Assembly: GCA_902793005.1 (NCBI GenBank) | Contig: CADBBQ010000005.1 | Location: forward strand, 1 to 61,532 | Length of the DNA stretch: 61,532 nucleotides | Direction of reading: 5' to 3' | Origin: an uncultured Pseudomonadota bacterium | Lineage (GTDB): Bacteria; Pseudomonadota; Alphaproteobacteria; Rs-D84 | Shown: one piece after another, positions 1-9,861 of the stretch | Layout of the letters: each line of letters starts with the position of its first letter | How positions within the stretch are numbered: position 1 is the first letter of the stretch | The notes under the pieces: generated by a model | Told to the model about the DNA's origin: nothing | Database searches by the model: none | What the model saw: only the letters and a program-made list of their open reading frames with translations | Position numbers and translations under genes: made by a program

Positions 1-1
1 T

Positions 2-100
2 CTGAAATGGCGAGACCCTCAGAATATGCCGGCACAAGCGAAAGAAAAAGCAAATAAAATCGTAGAAAATAAGGATTTTAATCATGTTAATGCCAAATAA
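2..100 (+). CDS. rpsC: 30S ribosomal protein S3, C-terminal fragment (5' end outside window)
   Basis: The frame is open from the window edge to TAA at 98-100 and reads ..[24 protein letters not shown]... This resembles the GEIL-x-HDP tail of alphaproteobacterial S3. It lies directly upstream of rplP with a 17-nt overlap. The frame choice is an inference. Confidence 0.4.
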   Translation: MKWRDPQNMPAQAKEKANKIVENKDFNHVNAK

Positions 101-497
101 AACAAAATTTCGCAAACTGCAAAAAGGTCGTATTCACGGTGTCGCCAAGGGCGGTAGTGAATTGGCTTTTGGTTCGTTTGGTCTGAAAGCAATGAGCCCT
201 GAACGTGTTACTGCACGTCAGATTGAGGCTGCGCGTCGTGCAATTACCCGTCATATGAAACGTCAGGGTAAATTGTGGATTCGTATTTTCCCGGATGTTC
301 CGGTCACAACAAAACCTGCCCAGGTTCGTATGGGTAAAGGTAAAGGTGCCGTTGAATACTGGGTTTGCCGTGTTAAACCGGGCCGTATTATGTTTGAATT
401 GGATGGTGTGAAACCTGAAATCGCATTCGAGGCCTTTGCGTTGGCGGCGGCAAAATTGCCGGTTAAAACAAAAATCGTTGAACGTAAAATCAACTAA
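84..497 (+). CDS. rplP: 50S ribosomal protein L16
   Basis: 137 aa. [16 protein letters not shown] and RMGKGKG motifs typical of L16. S10-operon position. Confidence 0.97.
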   Translation: MLMPNKTKFRKLQKGRIHGVAKGGSELAFGSFGLKAMSPERVTARQIEAARRAITRHMKRQGKLWIRIFPDVPVTTKPAQVRMGKGKGAVEYWVCRVKPGRIMFELDGVKPEIAFEAFALAAAKLPVKTKIVERKIN

Positions 498-513
498 TTA
501 AAAGGTGATAAAA

Positions 514-708
514 ATGGCAGAAAAAAGCACAAAAAAGGAATCTTTGACAGTTGAAGCCTTGGAAAGTAAATTGGTTGATTTGAAAAAAGAACAAATGAAT
601 CAACGTTTCCAATTGGCCGCAGGTCAATTGCCAAAAACACACGTTTTGCGTAAAACACGTCGCGAAATTGCCCGTGTCAAAACAAAACTGAATGCATCAA
701 AAAAATAA
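514..708 (+). CDS. rpmC: 50S ribosomal protein L29
   Basis: 64 aa from ATG 514 (MAEKSTKK..), preceded by AAAGG. L29-like LRKTRREIARVKT. The track ORF starts at an upstream GTG at 505. Confidence 0.93.
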   Translation: MAEKSTKKESLTVEALESKLVDLKKEQMNQRFQLAAGQLPKTHVLRKTRREIARVKTKLNASKK

Positions 709-793
709 ATAAATGTTGATTTTGGTTGTTTTTTCTAAAATTTAGTATATTATAACCAAAATCGACAGGTAAAAAAATAGAGGAATAACAGTT

Positions 794-1063
794 ATGCCAA
801 AACGTATACTGCAAGGAACAGTTAAAAGTACAGCGAACGATAAAACGGTTGTGGTCGAAGTTGAACGCCGTTTCCGTCATCCGTTGTATGGTAAATTTGT
901 GAAGCAGAACAAAAAATACAAGGCACATGACGAGGCCAATGAATACAAGGTTGGTGATGTTGTTGCAATTGAAGAACATCGTCCAATTTCCAAGACAAAA
1001 TCTTGGATTGTAAAGGGTCGTGTTGGTGTCGCCAAAGACGGTTCTGTGGAAGTGGTGGACTAA
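794..1063 (+). CDS. rpsQ: 30S ribosomal protein S17
   Basis: 89 aa. [33 protein letters not shown] is typical of S17. Confidence 0.96.
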   Translation: MPKRILQGTVKSTANDKTVVVEVERRFRHPLYGKFVKQNKKYKAHDEANEYKVGDVVAIEEHRPISKTKSWIVKGRVGVAKDGSVEVVD

Positions 1064-1173
1064 TTTTATATTGGTTTGCCAAAAGGGCAGGGTTCTTTGA
1101 GGTCGTGCGCGACAGTCGGGACCCATTAACAAAGCCGCGGGGGATTGCCCCGTGTGCAGGAAAAGGGTAAAAA

Positions 1174-1548
1174 ATGATACAAAATGAAACAGTTATGACA
1201 GTTGCAGATAACTCTGGTGCACGTAAAGCAATGTGCATCAAGGTTTTGGGCGGTTCACATCGTCGCTATGCAACGGTTGGCGATAAAATCGTCGTCGCCA
1301 TCAAGGAAGCAATTCCACGTGGTAAAGTTCAAAAGGGAACAGTTCAACGTGCAATCATCGTGCGCACAAAATTCCCGGTCAAACGTCCAGACGGTTCTAT
1401 TATCCGTTTTGATGATAATGCGGTTGTTTTGATTAATAAAAACAACTTTGAACCAATTGGAACACGTATTTTTGGACCAATTGCGCGTGAAGTTCGCCGT
1501 AAATATGATGTGCAAAAAATCGTGTCTTTGGCACCAGAAGTTATTTAA
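1174..1548 (+). CDS. rplN: 50S ribosomal protein L14
   Basis: 124 aa. [27 protein letters not shown] is typical of L14. Confidence 0.97.
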   Translation: MIQNETVMTVADNSGARKAMCIKVLGGSHRRYATVGDKIVVAIKEAIPRGKVQKGTVQRAIIVRTKFPVKRPDGSIIRFDDNAVVLINKNNFEPIGTRIFGPIAREVRRKYDVQKIVSLAPEVI

Positions 1549-1570
1549 TAGATTCAAAGGACGGTAAAAA

Positions 1571-1873
1571 ATGAAAATTAAGAAAGGCGACGAAGTCGTA
1601 GTTATTTCAGGAAAATACAAAGGCGTCAAAGGCAAAGTGCTGGAAGCGCGTCCATCAGAATCGCGTGTTGTGGTCGAAGGTGTCAATCGCCATAAATGGC
1701 ATATCAAACCAACACAGGACCAAGCCGGTCATATCATTGATCGCGAGGCACCTGTTCACGTTTCTAATGTTGCGTTGGTTGACCCAAAAACCAAAAAAGC
1801 AACCCGTGTTGGATATGAAATGCGTGGCGATAAAAAAGTTCGTGTTTCTAAGAAATCTGGAACAGAATTATAA
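1571..1873 (+). CDS. rplX: 50S ribosomal protein L24
   Basis: 100 aa. KOW motif [22 protein letters not shown]. spc-operon order. Confidence 0.96.
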   Translation: MKIKKGDEVVVISGKYKGVKGKVLEARPSESRVVVEGVNRHKWHIKPTQDQAGHIIDREAPVHVSNVALVDPKTKKATRVGYEMRGDKKVRVSKKSGTEL

Positions 1874-1920
1874 AAATAATTGTTTCCGCTGTTACGGAAA
1901 CCAAGATAAGGGATAAAAAA

Positions 1921-2466
1921 ATGCAAAGCAGATTGCGTGAAATTTATGAAAAAAATGTTGTACCGGAATTGGTTAAAGAATTCGGGTACACAAATGCTTT
2001 GGCGGTGCCGAAATTGACCAAAATCGTTTTGAATATGGGCGTTGGCGAAGCGGTTAATGACAAGAAAAAATTGGATGCGGCGGTTGTTGATTTGACGGCA
2101 ATTGCGGCCCAAAAACCCGTGGTTACACGTGCGAAAAAATCTATTGCAACATATCGTTTACGCGAAGGTCAGGCAATCGGTACCAAGGTTACATTGCGTG
2201 GTAAAAGAATGTATGATTTCTTGGATAAATTGATTACGGTTGCGTTGCCACGTGTAAAGGATTTCCGTGGATTGTCAAAATCTAAATTTGATGGTCGTGG
2301 AAATTATGCGTTCGGTATCAAAGAACATTTGATTTTCCCAGAAATTTCTGTTGATAAAATTGATTCTATCCGTGGTATGGATATTGTCATTGCAACAACA
2401 GCAAAAACAGATGACGAAGCGCGTGCATTGCTGACAAAAATCGGCCTGCCGTTGGTTTTGAAATAA
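1921..2466 (+). CDS. rplE: 50S ribosomal protein L5
   Basis: 181 aa. [35 protein letters not shown] is typical of L5. Confidence 0.97.
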   Translation: MQSRLREIYEKNVVPELVKEFGYTNALAVPKLTKIVLNMGVGEAVNDKKKLDAAVVDLTAIAAQKPVVTRAKKSIATYRLREGQAIGTKVTLRGKRMYDFLDKLITVALPRVKDFRGLSKSKFDGRGNYAFGIKEHLIFPEISVDKIDSIRGMDIVIATTAKTDDEARALLTKIGLPLVLK

Positions 2467-2483
2467 AGCAGTAAGGAAAAAAG

Positions 2484-2786
2484 ATGGCTAAATTAGCATT
2501 GATAAACAAACAACACAGACGTGAAAAATTGGTTGCGAAATACGCCAAAAAACGCGAAGCAATCAAAGAAAAAATGTCTGTAAATGCAACACCAGATGAA
2601 CGTATGGAAGCAATGAAAAAATTGGCCAAGTTGCCACGCAATGCGAATCCAACACGTTTACACAATCGTTGCTCGGTTACTGGCCGTGCACGTGGTTATT
2701 CACGTATGTTCGGTCTGTGTCGCCAACAATTACGTACAATGGCATCCGAAGGGAAATTGCCGGGCGTTCGTAAGTCCAGTTGGTAA
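2484..2786 (+). CDS. rpsN: 30S ribosomal protein S14 (long form)
   Basis: 100 aa. C-terminal CRQQLRTMASEGKLPGVRKSSW. Confidence 0.96.
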   Translation: MAKLALINKQHRREKLVAKYAKKREAIKEKMSVNATPDERMEAMKKLAKLPRNANPTRLHNRCSVTGRARGYSRMFGLCRQQLRTMASEGKLPGVRKSSW

Positions 2787-2870
2787 AATTTTAAACACCA
2801 GTTGTGGACAATGCAACTGGGCAAGGGGGATGTGAATTTTTTTCACAAACCATACTTTAAGGAGTAAAAG

Positions 2871-3269
2871 ATGTCATTATCACACCCAATCGGAGATATG
2901 CTGACCCGTATTCGTAATGGTCAAGCGGCCGGTAAAGAATTTATAACTGTCCCGAACAGCAAATTGCGTGTTGCAGTTTTGTCTGTATTAAAGGACGAAG
3001 GTTTCATCACTGATTTTCGCGAAGAAAAAATCGACGAGCATCGTTCAAATTTGGTCGTTGAATTGAAATACAACGGTGGCGTTGGCGCAATCCAGGAAAT
3101 TTCTGTTGTGTCCAGACCAGGTCGTCGTGTTTATTCAAGTTGTGCAAAAATGCCAAAGGTTTTAAATGGTTTGGGTATTGCGATTGTTTCGACTCCAAAT
3201 GGCGTTATGACAGATCACAAAGCACGCTTGATGAATGTTGGTGGCGAAGTGTTGTGCAAGGTTATATAA
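2871..3269 (+). CDS. rpsH: 30S ribosomal protein S8
   Basis: 132 aa. HPIGDMLTRIRNGQAA near the N-terminus. Confidence 0.97.
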   Translation: MSLSHPIGDMLTRIRNGQAAGKEFITVPNSKLRVAVLSVLKDEGFITDFREEKIDEHRSNLVVELKYNGGVGAIQEISVVSRPGRRVYSSCAKMPKVLNGLGIAIVSTPNGVMTDHKARLMNVGGEVLCKVI

Positions 3270-3291
3270 TAGAAAATATAAGGATGAAAAA

Positions 3292-3843
3292 ATGTCTCGT
3301 GCAGGAAAATATCCAGTAAAATTGCAAGATGGTGTGTCGGCGGAAATCAAAGATAATACCGTGATTGTAAAGGGACCAAAGGGTGAGTTGAAAGTTGTTT
3401 TGGATACAAAAAATGCTCATTTGGTTGATGTCGAGGTCAAAGACGGTGCCGTTGTTGTAACACCCAAAGATGCAGAAGATAAAACATCTCGTGCAATGTG
3501 GGGAACAATGACACGTAACATCAAATCTGCGGTGATTGGTGTGACCAATGGTTTTTCAAAAGATATGTATATGAACGGTGTTGGATACAAGGCATCGGTT
3601 GCGGGAAATAAATTGACATTGGTTGTTGGTTTTTCGCACGATGTTGTTATGGAAATACCGGCGGGTTTGTCTGTGAAAATGGGTGAAAAACCAACCGAAT
3701 TTACCATCAGTGGTATTGATAAATGCTTGCTTGGTTTGTTCGCGGATAAAATTCATAAAATCCGTAAAGCAGATCCGTACAAGGGTAAAGGCATCTTCTA
3801 TAAGGGTGAAAATATCCGCCGCAAAGAAGGTAAAAAGAAATAA
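3292..3843 (+). CDS. rplF: 50S ribosomal protein L6
   Basis: 183 aa from ATG 3292 (MSRAGKYPVKL..), preceded by AAGGATGA. The track ORF extends upstream into rpsH. Confidence 0.95.
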   Translation: MSRAGKYPVKLQDGVSAEIKDNTVIVKGPKGELKVVLDTKNAHLVDVEVKDGAVVVTPKDAEDKTSRAMWGTMTRNIKSAVIGVTNGFSKDMYMNGVGYKASVAGNKLTLVVGFSHDVVMEIPAGLSVKMGEKPTEFTISGIDKCLLGLFADKIHKIRKADPYKGKGIFYKGENIRRKEGKKK

Positions 3844-3890
3844 AATTAGGTGATTTCCGCTGTTACGGAAATTAAAAAAAAGGAAAAAAA

Positions 3891-4247
3891 ATGTTAAAAC
3901 ATTTAAGTTCAGATGAAAGACGCACTTTGGCAAATCGCAGTGCGTTGAAAAGAAAAAATCCTGGTAAAATCCGTTTGTCGGTTTTCCGTTCGGGCCGTCA
4001 TATTGAAATCCAGGCTATTGATGATACACGTGGACATACACTGTGTGCGGCATCCAGTAAAGAAAAAGGTTTTGCGGGACACGGTTGGAATATTGCCGGG
4101 GCAGAATTGGTTGGCAAAATGTTTGCCGAACGTGCTGTAAAGGCGGGTATTGTTGAAAATTGTTATTTTGATCGCGGCGGTTTTCGTTATCATGGTCGCG
4201 TGAAGGCTCTGTGTGAAGCAATTCGCGCGGGTGGTGTAAGAATTTAA
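3891..4247 (+). CDS. rplR: 50S ribosomal protein L18
   Basis: 118 aa. RLSVFRSGRHIEIQAIDD and GGFRYHGRVKALCEAIRAGG. Confidence 0.96.
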   Translation: MLKHLSSDERRTLANRSALKRKNPGKIRLSVFRSGRHIEIQAIDDTRGHTLCAASSKEKGFAGHGWNIAGAELVGKMFAERAVKAGIVENCYFDRGGFRYHGRVKALCEAIRAGGVRI

Positions 4248-4263
4248 TTAAACGGAGATTACA

Positions 4264-4821
4264 ATGGCACGTTTTGATGATAAAAAATTACAAACGGATA
4301 ATTTGGTAGATAAATTGGTTTCTATCAACCGCGTTTCCAAAACAGTGAAGGGCGGCCGTAATATGTCTTTTTCCGCATTGGTCGTTGTTGGTGACAAGGC
4401 CGGTCGCGTTGGTTTTGGTAAAGGTAAAGCGTTGGAAGTGCAATCTGCGGTGCAGAAAGCAACCAAGGCAGCCAAGGCAAAAATGGTGCGTGTGCCTTTG
4501 AAAGAAGGACGCACATTGCATCACGATGTCGAAGCAAAATATGGTGCATCTAAATTGGTTGTGCGCAGTGCGGTTCCCGGTACCGGTATTATTGCGGGTG
4601 GTGCGTTGCGTGCGGTGTTTGAATGTTTGGGCGTCCAAGACGTCGTCGTGAAATCCCAAGGTTCGAACAATCCAAATAATATGATTCGTGCGGCGTTCTT
4701 GGCTTTTGCAAAAATGAATTCACCGAAAACTGTTGCGGCCCGTCGTGGTAAAACGGTTGCGGAAATTATTGCAGGCAGAGACGGTAAAAAAATCGACACC
4801 GCAGAAGAAGAAGCAAAATAA
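4264..4821 (+). CDS. rpsE: 30S ribosomal protein S5
   Basis: 185 aa. [27 protein letters not shown]. Confidence 0.97.
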   Translation: MARFDDKKLQTDNLVDKLVSINRVSKTVKGGRNMSFSALVVVGDKAGRVGFGKGKALEVQSAVQKATKAAKAKMVRVPLKEGRTLHHDVEAKYGASKLVVRSAVPGTGIIAGGALRAVFECLGVQDVVVKSQGSNNPNNMIRAAFLAFAKMNSPKTVAARRGKTVAEIIAGRDGKKIDTAEEEAK

Positions 4822-4843
4822 TGCGTAACATATGGAGATAGAT

Positions 4844-5023
4844 ATGGCTAAAATAACTGTAAAACAAGTAAAAAGCATTATCGGTCGTCCGGAATATCAA
4901 CGCAAGGTTGTTTTGGCCTTGGGTTTGGGACGCATTGGTAAAACCCGTGAATTAAACGACACAGAAAGTGTTCGCGGTATGGTTGCAAAGGTTTCACACT
5001 TGGTTGAAATCGTTGAAAAATAA
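4844..5023 (+). CDS. rpmD: 50S ribosomal protein L30
   Basis: 59 aa from ATG 4844 ([11 protein letters not shown]..), with GGAGA 5 nt upstream. Confidence 0.94.
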   Translation: MAKITVKQVKSIIGRPEYQRKVVLALGLGRIGKTRELNDTESVRGMVAKVSHLVEIVEK

Positions 5024-5104
5024 TTAATATAAACCGAGTACATAGTACTTGTATTATGTGCGAAATAGACTATATCAATAGTCGTAGGAATAAAGGGATA
5101 AAAA

Positions 5105-5563
5105 ATGAAATTAAATGCATTGATGGATAATTTGGGTGCCCGTAAAAATGTGAAACGCGTTGGTCGTGGTTTGGCATCGGGCTATGGTAAAACAGCGGGT
5201 CGTGGAACCAAGGGGCAAAAAGCCCGTGCGGGTTCGCGTAAACAGGCAACGTTCCAAGGTGGTCAAATGCCAATCTTGCGTCGTTTCCCAAAATTTGGTT
5301 TTACAAATCCATTTGCAAAACATTTTGTCACAATTAATTTGGGTGATATTGAAAAATTCATCAAATCTGGCAAAATTGATGCAAAAAAATCTATTACAAT
5401 GGATTCTTTGTTGGCGGCAAAAATTATCAATCGCAGATTGGATGGATTGAAAGTTTTGGCCAAAGGCGAAATCAAAACGGCCGTCACAATTGTTGCGGAT
5501 AAATGGTCCAAAGCAGCCGAGGCCGCAATTGTGAAAGCAGGTGGGAAAATTTCCAATAAATAA
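5105..5563 (+). CDS. rplO: 50S ribosomal protein L15
   Basis: 152 aa. KRVGRGLASGYGKTAGRGTKGQKAR. Confidence 0.96.
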   Translation: MKLNALMDNLGARKNVKRVGRGLASGYGKTAGRGTKGQKARAGSRKQATFQGGQMPILRRFPKFGFTNPFAKHFVTINLGDIEKFIKSGKIDAKKSITMDSLLAAKIINRRLDGLKVLAKGEIKTAVTIVADKWSKAAEAAIVKAGGKISNK

Positions 5564-5577
5564 TAATCTGATTTTAT

Positions 5578-5599
5578 CCCGGGAATTTTATTTCCCGGG
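5578..5599 (+). promoter_or_regulatory. Intra-operon GC hairpin between rplO and secY
   Basis: CCCGGGAA-TTTTAT-TTCCCGGG forms a perfect 8-bp stem. No U-tract follows it, so it is not a canonical terminator. Confidence 0.4.
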
Positions 5600-5628
5600 G
5601 TGTAAAATTGTATCTGGAAAGTAAAGCG

Positions 5629-6945
5629 ATGAGAGCAATAAAAAACTTTTTCAAAAACCTGAGTGATTTACAAAAACGTATTTTATTTACGTTGGGCGCT
5701 TTGGTTGTTTATCGAATTGGTTCATTTATTCCATTGCCGGGTGTTAATGCATCGGCCGTGTTGCATTTGTTTACCGGCGAGGGCAGTGGTATGTTGGGGA
5801 TGTTTGATATGTTTGCGGGTGGTTCATTGTCCCGTATGTCTGTTTTGGCGTTAAACATTTTCCCATACATTTCTGCATCTATCGTTTTACAATTGTTAAC
5901 CGCAACCAGTAAATCGTTGACTGATTTGCGCAAAGAGGGTGAATCTGGGCGCGTTAAAATTAATCAATATACGCGTTATCTGGCGGTGGTGTTGGCCGTT
6001 GTCCAGGGTTGGGCGGTTATTCGTGGATTGGAATTAATGGCACCGGTAAATGGTGTGCCGGCGGTTGTAAATCCGGGATGGTCGTTTGAATTGTCGGCGT
6101 TGATTGCGCTGGTTGGTGGAACGGTGTTTGTTATGTGGTTGGCAGAACAAATTACCGCACGAGGTGTTGGCCAGGGTGCATCGCTGTTGATTTTTGCCGG
6201 TATTATTGCCGAGGTTCCATCGGGTATTGGTAAATTATTCTCGCTGGGTAGTGTTGGGCAAATTTCTCCAACAATGATTATGTTAATTGTTGCATTTGTG
6301 TTGGGTATTGTTGCGTTGATTGCGTTCTTTGAACAGGCACAGCGTCGTATTCAAATTTTGTATCCACGCCAGGTTATGGCAAATGGTGTTATGAATACAA
6401 ATGCATCTTATTTACCAATCAAGGTGAATATGTCGGGCGTTATGGGCCCCGTGTTTGCGGCGTCTATTATGATGTTGCCGGCGTTTATTCAACGGTTCGC
6501 GCAAAGCGACAGTTTGGTTGTACAATCGATAATTGGGTTCTTTACATATGGGGCGTGGTCTTATATTGCATTGTACACGGTTTTGATTGTGTTCTTTGCG
6601 TATTTCCAAACGGCGGTTGTGTTTAACAGTGAAGAAACCAGCAATAATTTAAGAAATGCCGGTGGTTATATTCCGGGCGTGCGGCCAGGCGAACAGACAA
6701 TGACATATTTGGATGGGGTTGTGTCGCGCACAACTGCGATTGGTGTTTGTTATTTGATTGTTGTTTGCGTTATTCCAATCATTTTAAACACCCACGCGGG
6801 GATGCCATTGGTTATTGGTGGAACCAGTGTTTTGATTGTCGCGGGTGTTGTGTTGGATACAATGACCCAGGTGCAATCTTATTTGGTTGCAAAAAAATAT
6901 AGTGGTGTCGTTAAAAAGACATCCAAGCAAGGTCGTTTCCGTTAA
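5629..6945 (+). CDS. secY: Preprotein translocase subunit SecY
   Basis: 438 aa from ATG 5629. LQKRILFTLGALVVYRIGSFIPLPGV and about 10 hydrophobic segments. The track start at 5608 is TTG. Confidence 0.95.
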   Translation: MRAIKNFFKNLSDLQKRILFTLGALVVYRIGSFIPLPGVNASAVLHLFTGEGSGMLGMFDMFAGGSLSRMSVLALNIFPYISASIVLQLLTATSKSLTDLRKEGESGRVKINQYTRYLAVVLAVVQGWAVIRGLELMAPVNGVPAVVNPGWSFELSALIALVGGTVFVMWLAEQITARGVGQGASLLIFAGIIAEVPSGIGKLFSLGSVGQISPTMIMLIVAFVLGIVALIAFFEQAQRRIQILYPRQVMANGVMNTNASYLPIKVNMSGVMGPVFAASIMMLPAFIQRFAQSDSLVVQSIIGFFTYGAWSYIALYTVLIVFFAYFQTAVVFNSEETSNNLRNAGGYIPGVRPGEQTMTYLDGVVSRTTAIGVCYLIVVCVIPIILNTHAGMPLVIGGTSVLIVAGVVLDTMTQVQSYLVAKKYSGVVKKTSKQGRFR

Positions 6946-6970
6946 AGATTGCGGAAATATAAAACAAGAT

Positions 6971-6998
6971 TTGACTTTTGCCGGATTTAGTATAATAT
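6971..6998 (+). promoter_or_regulatory. Sigma70-like promoter upstream of rpsM
   Basis: TTGACT (6971-6976), then TAATAT after 16 nt or TATAAT after 14 nt. The same TTGACTTTTG context is seen upstream of rpoA. Confidence 0.4.
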
Positions 6999-7098
6999 AA
7001 TTCGGGCAAAATCAATAAGGTTTCAAAGTTTTGGGCACCCCAAAATTTTGAATTTTAATCGGACGAAATTGTCCATAAGTAAAAAAGGATAGTAAAAG

Positions 7099-7476
7099 AT
7101 GGCACGTATAGCAGGTGTTAACATCCCATCAGAAAAACGCATCGAAGTTGCGTTGCAATACATCCACGGTATTGGCCCGGCAAAAGCCGCCCAGGTTTGT
7201 GCCGCGTTGAAATTAAAAGATGGTTTGCGCGCGAAAGATTTGACTGACGAAGATGTTATCAAAATTTCTAATTATATTGAACAAAACTTTAAAGTAGAAG
7301 GCGATGTTCGTCGTGAAGTTGCAATGAACATCAAACGTCTGCAAGATTTGAAAACATACCGCGGTATTCGTCACCGTAACCGTTTGCCGGTTCGTGGTCA
7401 ACGTACACAGACAAACGCCAGAACACGTAAAGGTAAACGCGTTGTGGTTGCTGGGTCTGCGACCAAGGGTAAATAA
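7099..7476 (+). CDS. rpsM: 30S ribosomal protein S13
   Basis: 125 aa. [26 protein letters not shown]. Confidence 0.97.
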   Translation: MARIAGVNIPSEKRIEVALQYIHGIGPAKAAQVCAALKLKDGLRAKDLTDEDVIKISNYIEQNFKVEGDVRREVAMNIKRLQDLKTYRGIRHRNRLPVRGQRTQTNARTRKGKRVVVAGSATKGK

Positions 7477-7535
7477 TTTTTCGGGTAGAGATTAACACGA
7501 TAGTTAATTGAAGACATCTAAATAAAGGTTAAAAA

Positions 7536-7919
7536 ATGGCAATTACTAAATCAAAAAAGAAAGTTGTAAAAAAAGTTTCGCACGGCATTGCGCATGTTGT
7601 CGCGACAAATAACAATACACGTATCACAATTACAGATCCAACGGGTGCCGTGTTGACATGGGCCACCGCGGGTGCAAATAATTTCAAGGGTGCAAAAAAA
7701 TCGACACCATATGCTGCAACGGTTGTTGCGGATGCGGTTGGCAAAAAAGTTGCCGAAATGGGTATGAAAACGGTCGATGTTTTGATGCGCGGTATTGGTC
7801 AGGGTCGCGAATCGGCTGTGCGTGGTTTGGCAAATGCCGGCTTGATTGTGCAATCTATTACTGATACAACACGTATTCCACACAATGGATGCCGTCCAAA
7901 GAAAGTGCGTCGTGTGTAA
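7536..7919 (+). CDS. rpsK: 30S ribosomal protein S11
   Basis: 127 aa. GIAHVVATNNNTRITITDPTG..W.TAG. Confidence 0.97.
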   Translation: MAITKSKKKVVKKVSHGIAHVVATNNNTRITITDPTGAVLTWATAGANNFKGAKKSTPYAATVVADAVGKKVAEMGMKTVDVLMRGIGQGRESAVRGLANAGLIVQSITDTTRIPHNGCRPKKVRRV

Positions 7920-7928
7920 TGTGTTTCA

Positions 7929-7961
7929 AATGCCTTGTCGATTAGACAAGGCATTTTTTTG
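7929..7961 (+). terminator. Rho-independent terminator after rpsK
   Basis: AATGCCTTGTC-GATTA-GACAAGGCATT followed by T7. Confidence 0.8.
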
Positions 7962-8213
7962 TTAAAAAATTAATTAAATTCCATTTGTCAAGTTAAAAAA
8001 AGCCATTGTTGGCATTGACAGGCTTTTTTAGAAAATGTTAAAAATCTGTGTTTTTTTGTAAAAAGTATATAAAATCCGAATCGAAAAATAATGCAAATAG
8101 TGCAGAATTCTGCGGTGTTTAATTTTTTTTGTAATATGTGTATTTTTTGCTTGCGGTAAAATTTTGTTTTTTGCTAACATCTATGTAAAGGAAGAAATAT
8201 ATCAGAGGAAGAA

Positions 8214-8651
8214 ATGAGGAACTCACTGTTTTTTGCTGTTTTTTTGGTGCTTGGCTTTGTCGGTGTGGTGAATGCGTTTCCTGCTGATAACAATACGTAT
8301 CCGAACTATGCATCTGGTAAGCCAACGACTGCGTCGGAATTAACGGTCAAAGATGCAAATGTTCGTGTTGCAACGACAAAGTATGTTGATACCCAGGCAG
8401 CGGGGTTGGAAAGTCCGATTAATACTTTGGCGAATGCGGCGACAACTGATAATACGACGGTTACAACCAATGGTAATGCGATTGGTGCGCCGGCAAGTGG
8501 AAATACGGCGGCAACGGGTTTGTTTGCCAATAAAATTGATGCGCCGACGGGGTCTGGCAATACGTGCCCATCGGGGCAGGTTTGTGGGTATATTTCTGCA
8601 AATGGAACCGGTGGAACAAAACAATGGGTTGTTATCCAAGGGGCGCCATAA
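8214..8651 (+). CDS. Small exported protein of unknown function
   Basis: 145 aa. Signal peptide MRNSLFFAVFLVLGFVGVVNA. RBS AGAGGAAG. VATTKYVDT motif and C-terminal CPSGQVCGY..KQWVVIQ module, both shared with the 30113-31939 protein. Confidence 0.75.
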   Translation: MRNSLFFAVFLVLGFVGVVNAFPADNNTYPNYASGKPTTASELTVKDANVRVATTKYVDTQAAGLESPINTLANAATTDNTTVTTNGNAIGAPASGNTAATGLFANKIDAPTGSGNTCPSGQVCGYISANGTGGTKQWVVIQGAP

Positions 8652-8684
8652 TCAAGATTTTTTGTTTGTTAATCTGATTTGATA

Positions 8685-8711
8685 AAGTCCGATTTTTGTC
8701 GGGCTTTTTTG
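8685..8711 (+). terminator. Rho-independent terminator after the small exported-protein gene
   Basis: AAGTCCGA-TTTTTG-TCGGGCTT (one G-U pair) followed by a T-run. Confidence 0.6.
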
Positions 8712-8740
8712 TTGACTTTTGGGAATTTCCAGTATAAAAT
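8712..8740 (+). promoter_or_regulatory. Sigma70-like promoter upstream of rpoA
   Basis: TTGACT-17 nt-TAAAAT. Confidence 0.5.
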
Positions 8741-8821
8741 TTGCCAGTGCGTTAGAGGACAGATTGTTTTTTAATGCGTGCCGATTGGCGAAAATAATAA
8801 ACTAAGCCGAATGGAGTAAAA

Positions 8822-9850
8822 ATGATTGAAAAAAATTGGATGACTTTGATTAAGCCAAAAAAATTGAATATCAAGGTCGATGAAAAAAATCCTAATATTG
8901 CAACATTGGTTGCGGAACCATTGGAAAAAGGTTTCGGTTTGACATTGGGGACGGCGTTGCGTCGTGTTCTGTTGTCGTCGTTACAGGGTTGTGCGCCGGT
9001 GTATATCAAAATTGATGGTGTGCAACACGAATTTAGTTCTTTGCCTGGTGTTCGCGAAGATATTTCTGATATCATCTTGAATTTAAAGGGTGTATATTTC
9101 AAAGCAAATGCCGAGGGGCAACACAAGGCAACAATCAAGGCCAAGGGGCCTGTGGTTGTGACGGCCGGGATGATTGAAACATCCGCCGGGGTCGAGGTTA
9201 TGAATAAAGACGTCGAATTGTGCACATTGGACAAAGATGCAACATTTGATATGGAAATCACATTGGATTCGGGTCGTGGTTATGTTGCGGCAAATGCACA
9301 CGATACTGATTTGCCATTGGGTGTGATTCCGGTGGATTCTATTTTCTCGCCAATTTTGAATGTTTCGTCTGCGGTGTCCCAGACACGTGTTGGTCAATCA
9401 ACCGATTATGATAAATTGGAATTGACGGTTAAAACAAACGGTGCGGTTTCGCCCGAAGATGCAATCGCTTTTGCGGCACGCATTTTGACAGATCAATTGG
9501 TTGTGTTTATTAATTTTGAAGATCCGGCACAAATCAATGCACCGGCCGAAGAAGACAAGGCCAAAGATGCATTGCCGTTCGATCCAAAATTGTTGAAACA
9601 CGTTGATGAATTGGAATTGTCTGTTCGTGCAAATAACTGCTTGAAGAACGACAAAATCAATTGGTTGGGTGAATTGGTTCAAAAGACCGAGGCTGATATG
9701 TTGAAAACGCCAAACTTTGGCCGTAAATCTTTGAACGAAATCAAAATCCAATTGGAAGCCATGGGTCTGGGCCTGGGAATGGAAGTTCCTGGGTGGCCAC
9801 CAGAAAATATTGCGGAGTTGTCCAAGAAATACGAAGACCCATACAAATAA
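8822..9850 (+). CDS. rpoA: DNA-directed RNA polymerase subunit alpha
   Basis: 342 aa. [17 protein letters not shown] and the C-terminal-domain motif [18 protein letters not shown]. Confidence 0.97.
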   Translation: MIEKNWMTLIKPKKLNIKVDEKNPNIATLVAEPLEKGFGLTLGTALRRVLLSSLQGCAPVYIKIDGVQHEFSSLPGVREDISDIILNLKGVYFKANAEGQHKATIKAKGPVVVTAGMIETSAGVEVMNKDVELCTLDKDATFDMEITLDSGRGYVAANAHDTDLPLGVIPVDSIFSPILNVSSAVSQTRVGQSTDYDKLELTVKTNGAVSPEDAIAFAARILTDQLVVFINFEDPAQINAPAEEDKAKDALPFDPKLLKHVDELELSVRANNCLKNDKINWLGELVQKTEADMLKTPNFGRKSLNEIKIQLEAMGLGLGMEVPGWPPENIAELSKKYEDPYK

Positions 9851-9861
9851 AATAATTTCTG

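Noticed and set aside
8306-8682. Three alternative ORFs overlapping the small exported-protein gene
   Set aside because: Their products are Arg-rich or low-complexity, with no start context. The 8214-8651 frame has an RBS, a signal peptide and a homologous module in another protein.
7476-8822. The absence of rpsD between rpsK and rpoA as an anomaly
   Set aside because: rpsD is typically encoded elsewhere in alphaproteobacteria, so its absence is expected. The inserted exported-protein gene is the real oddity.
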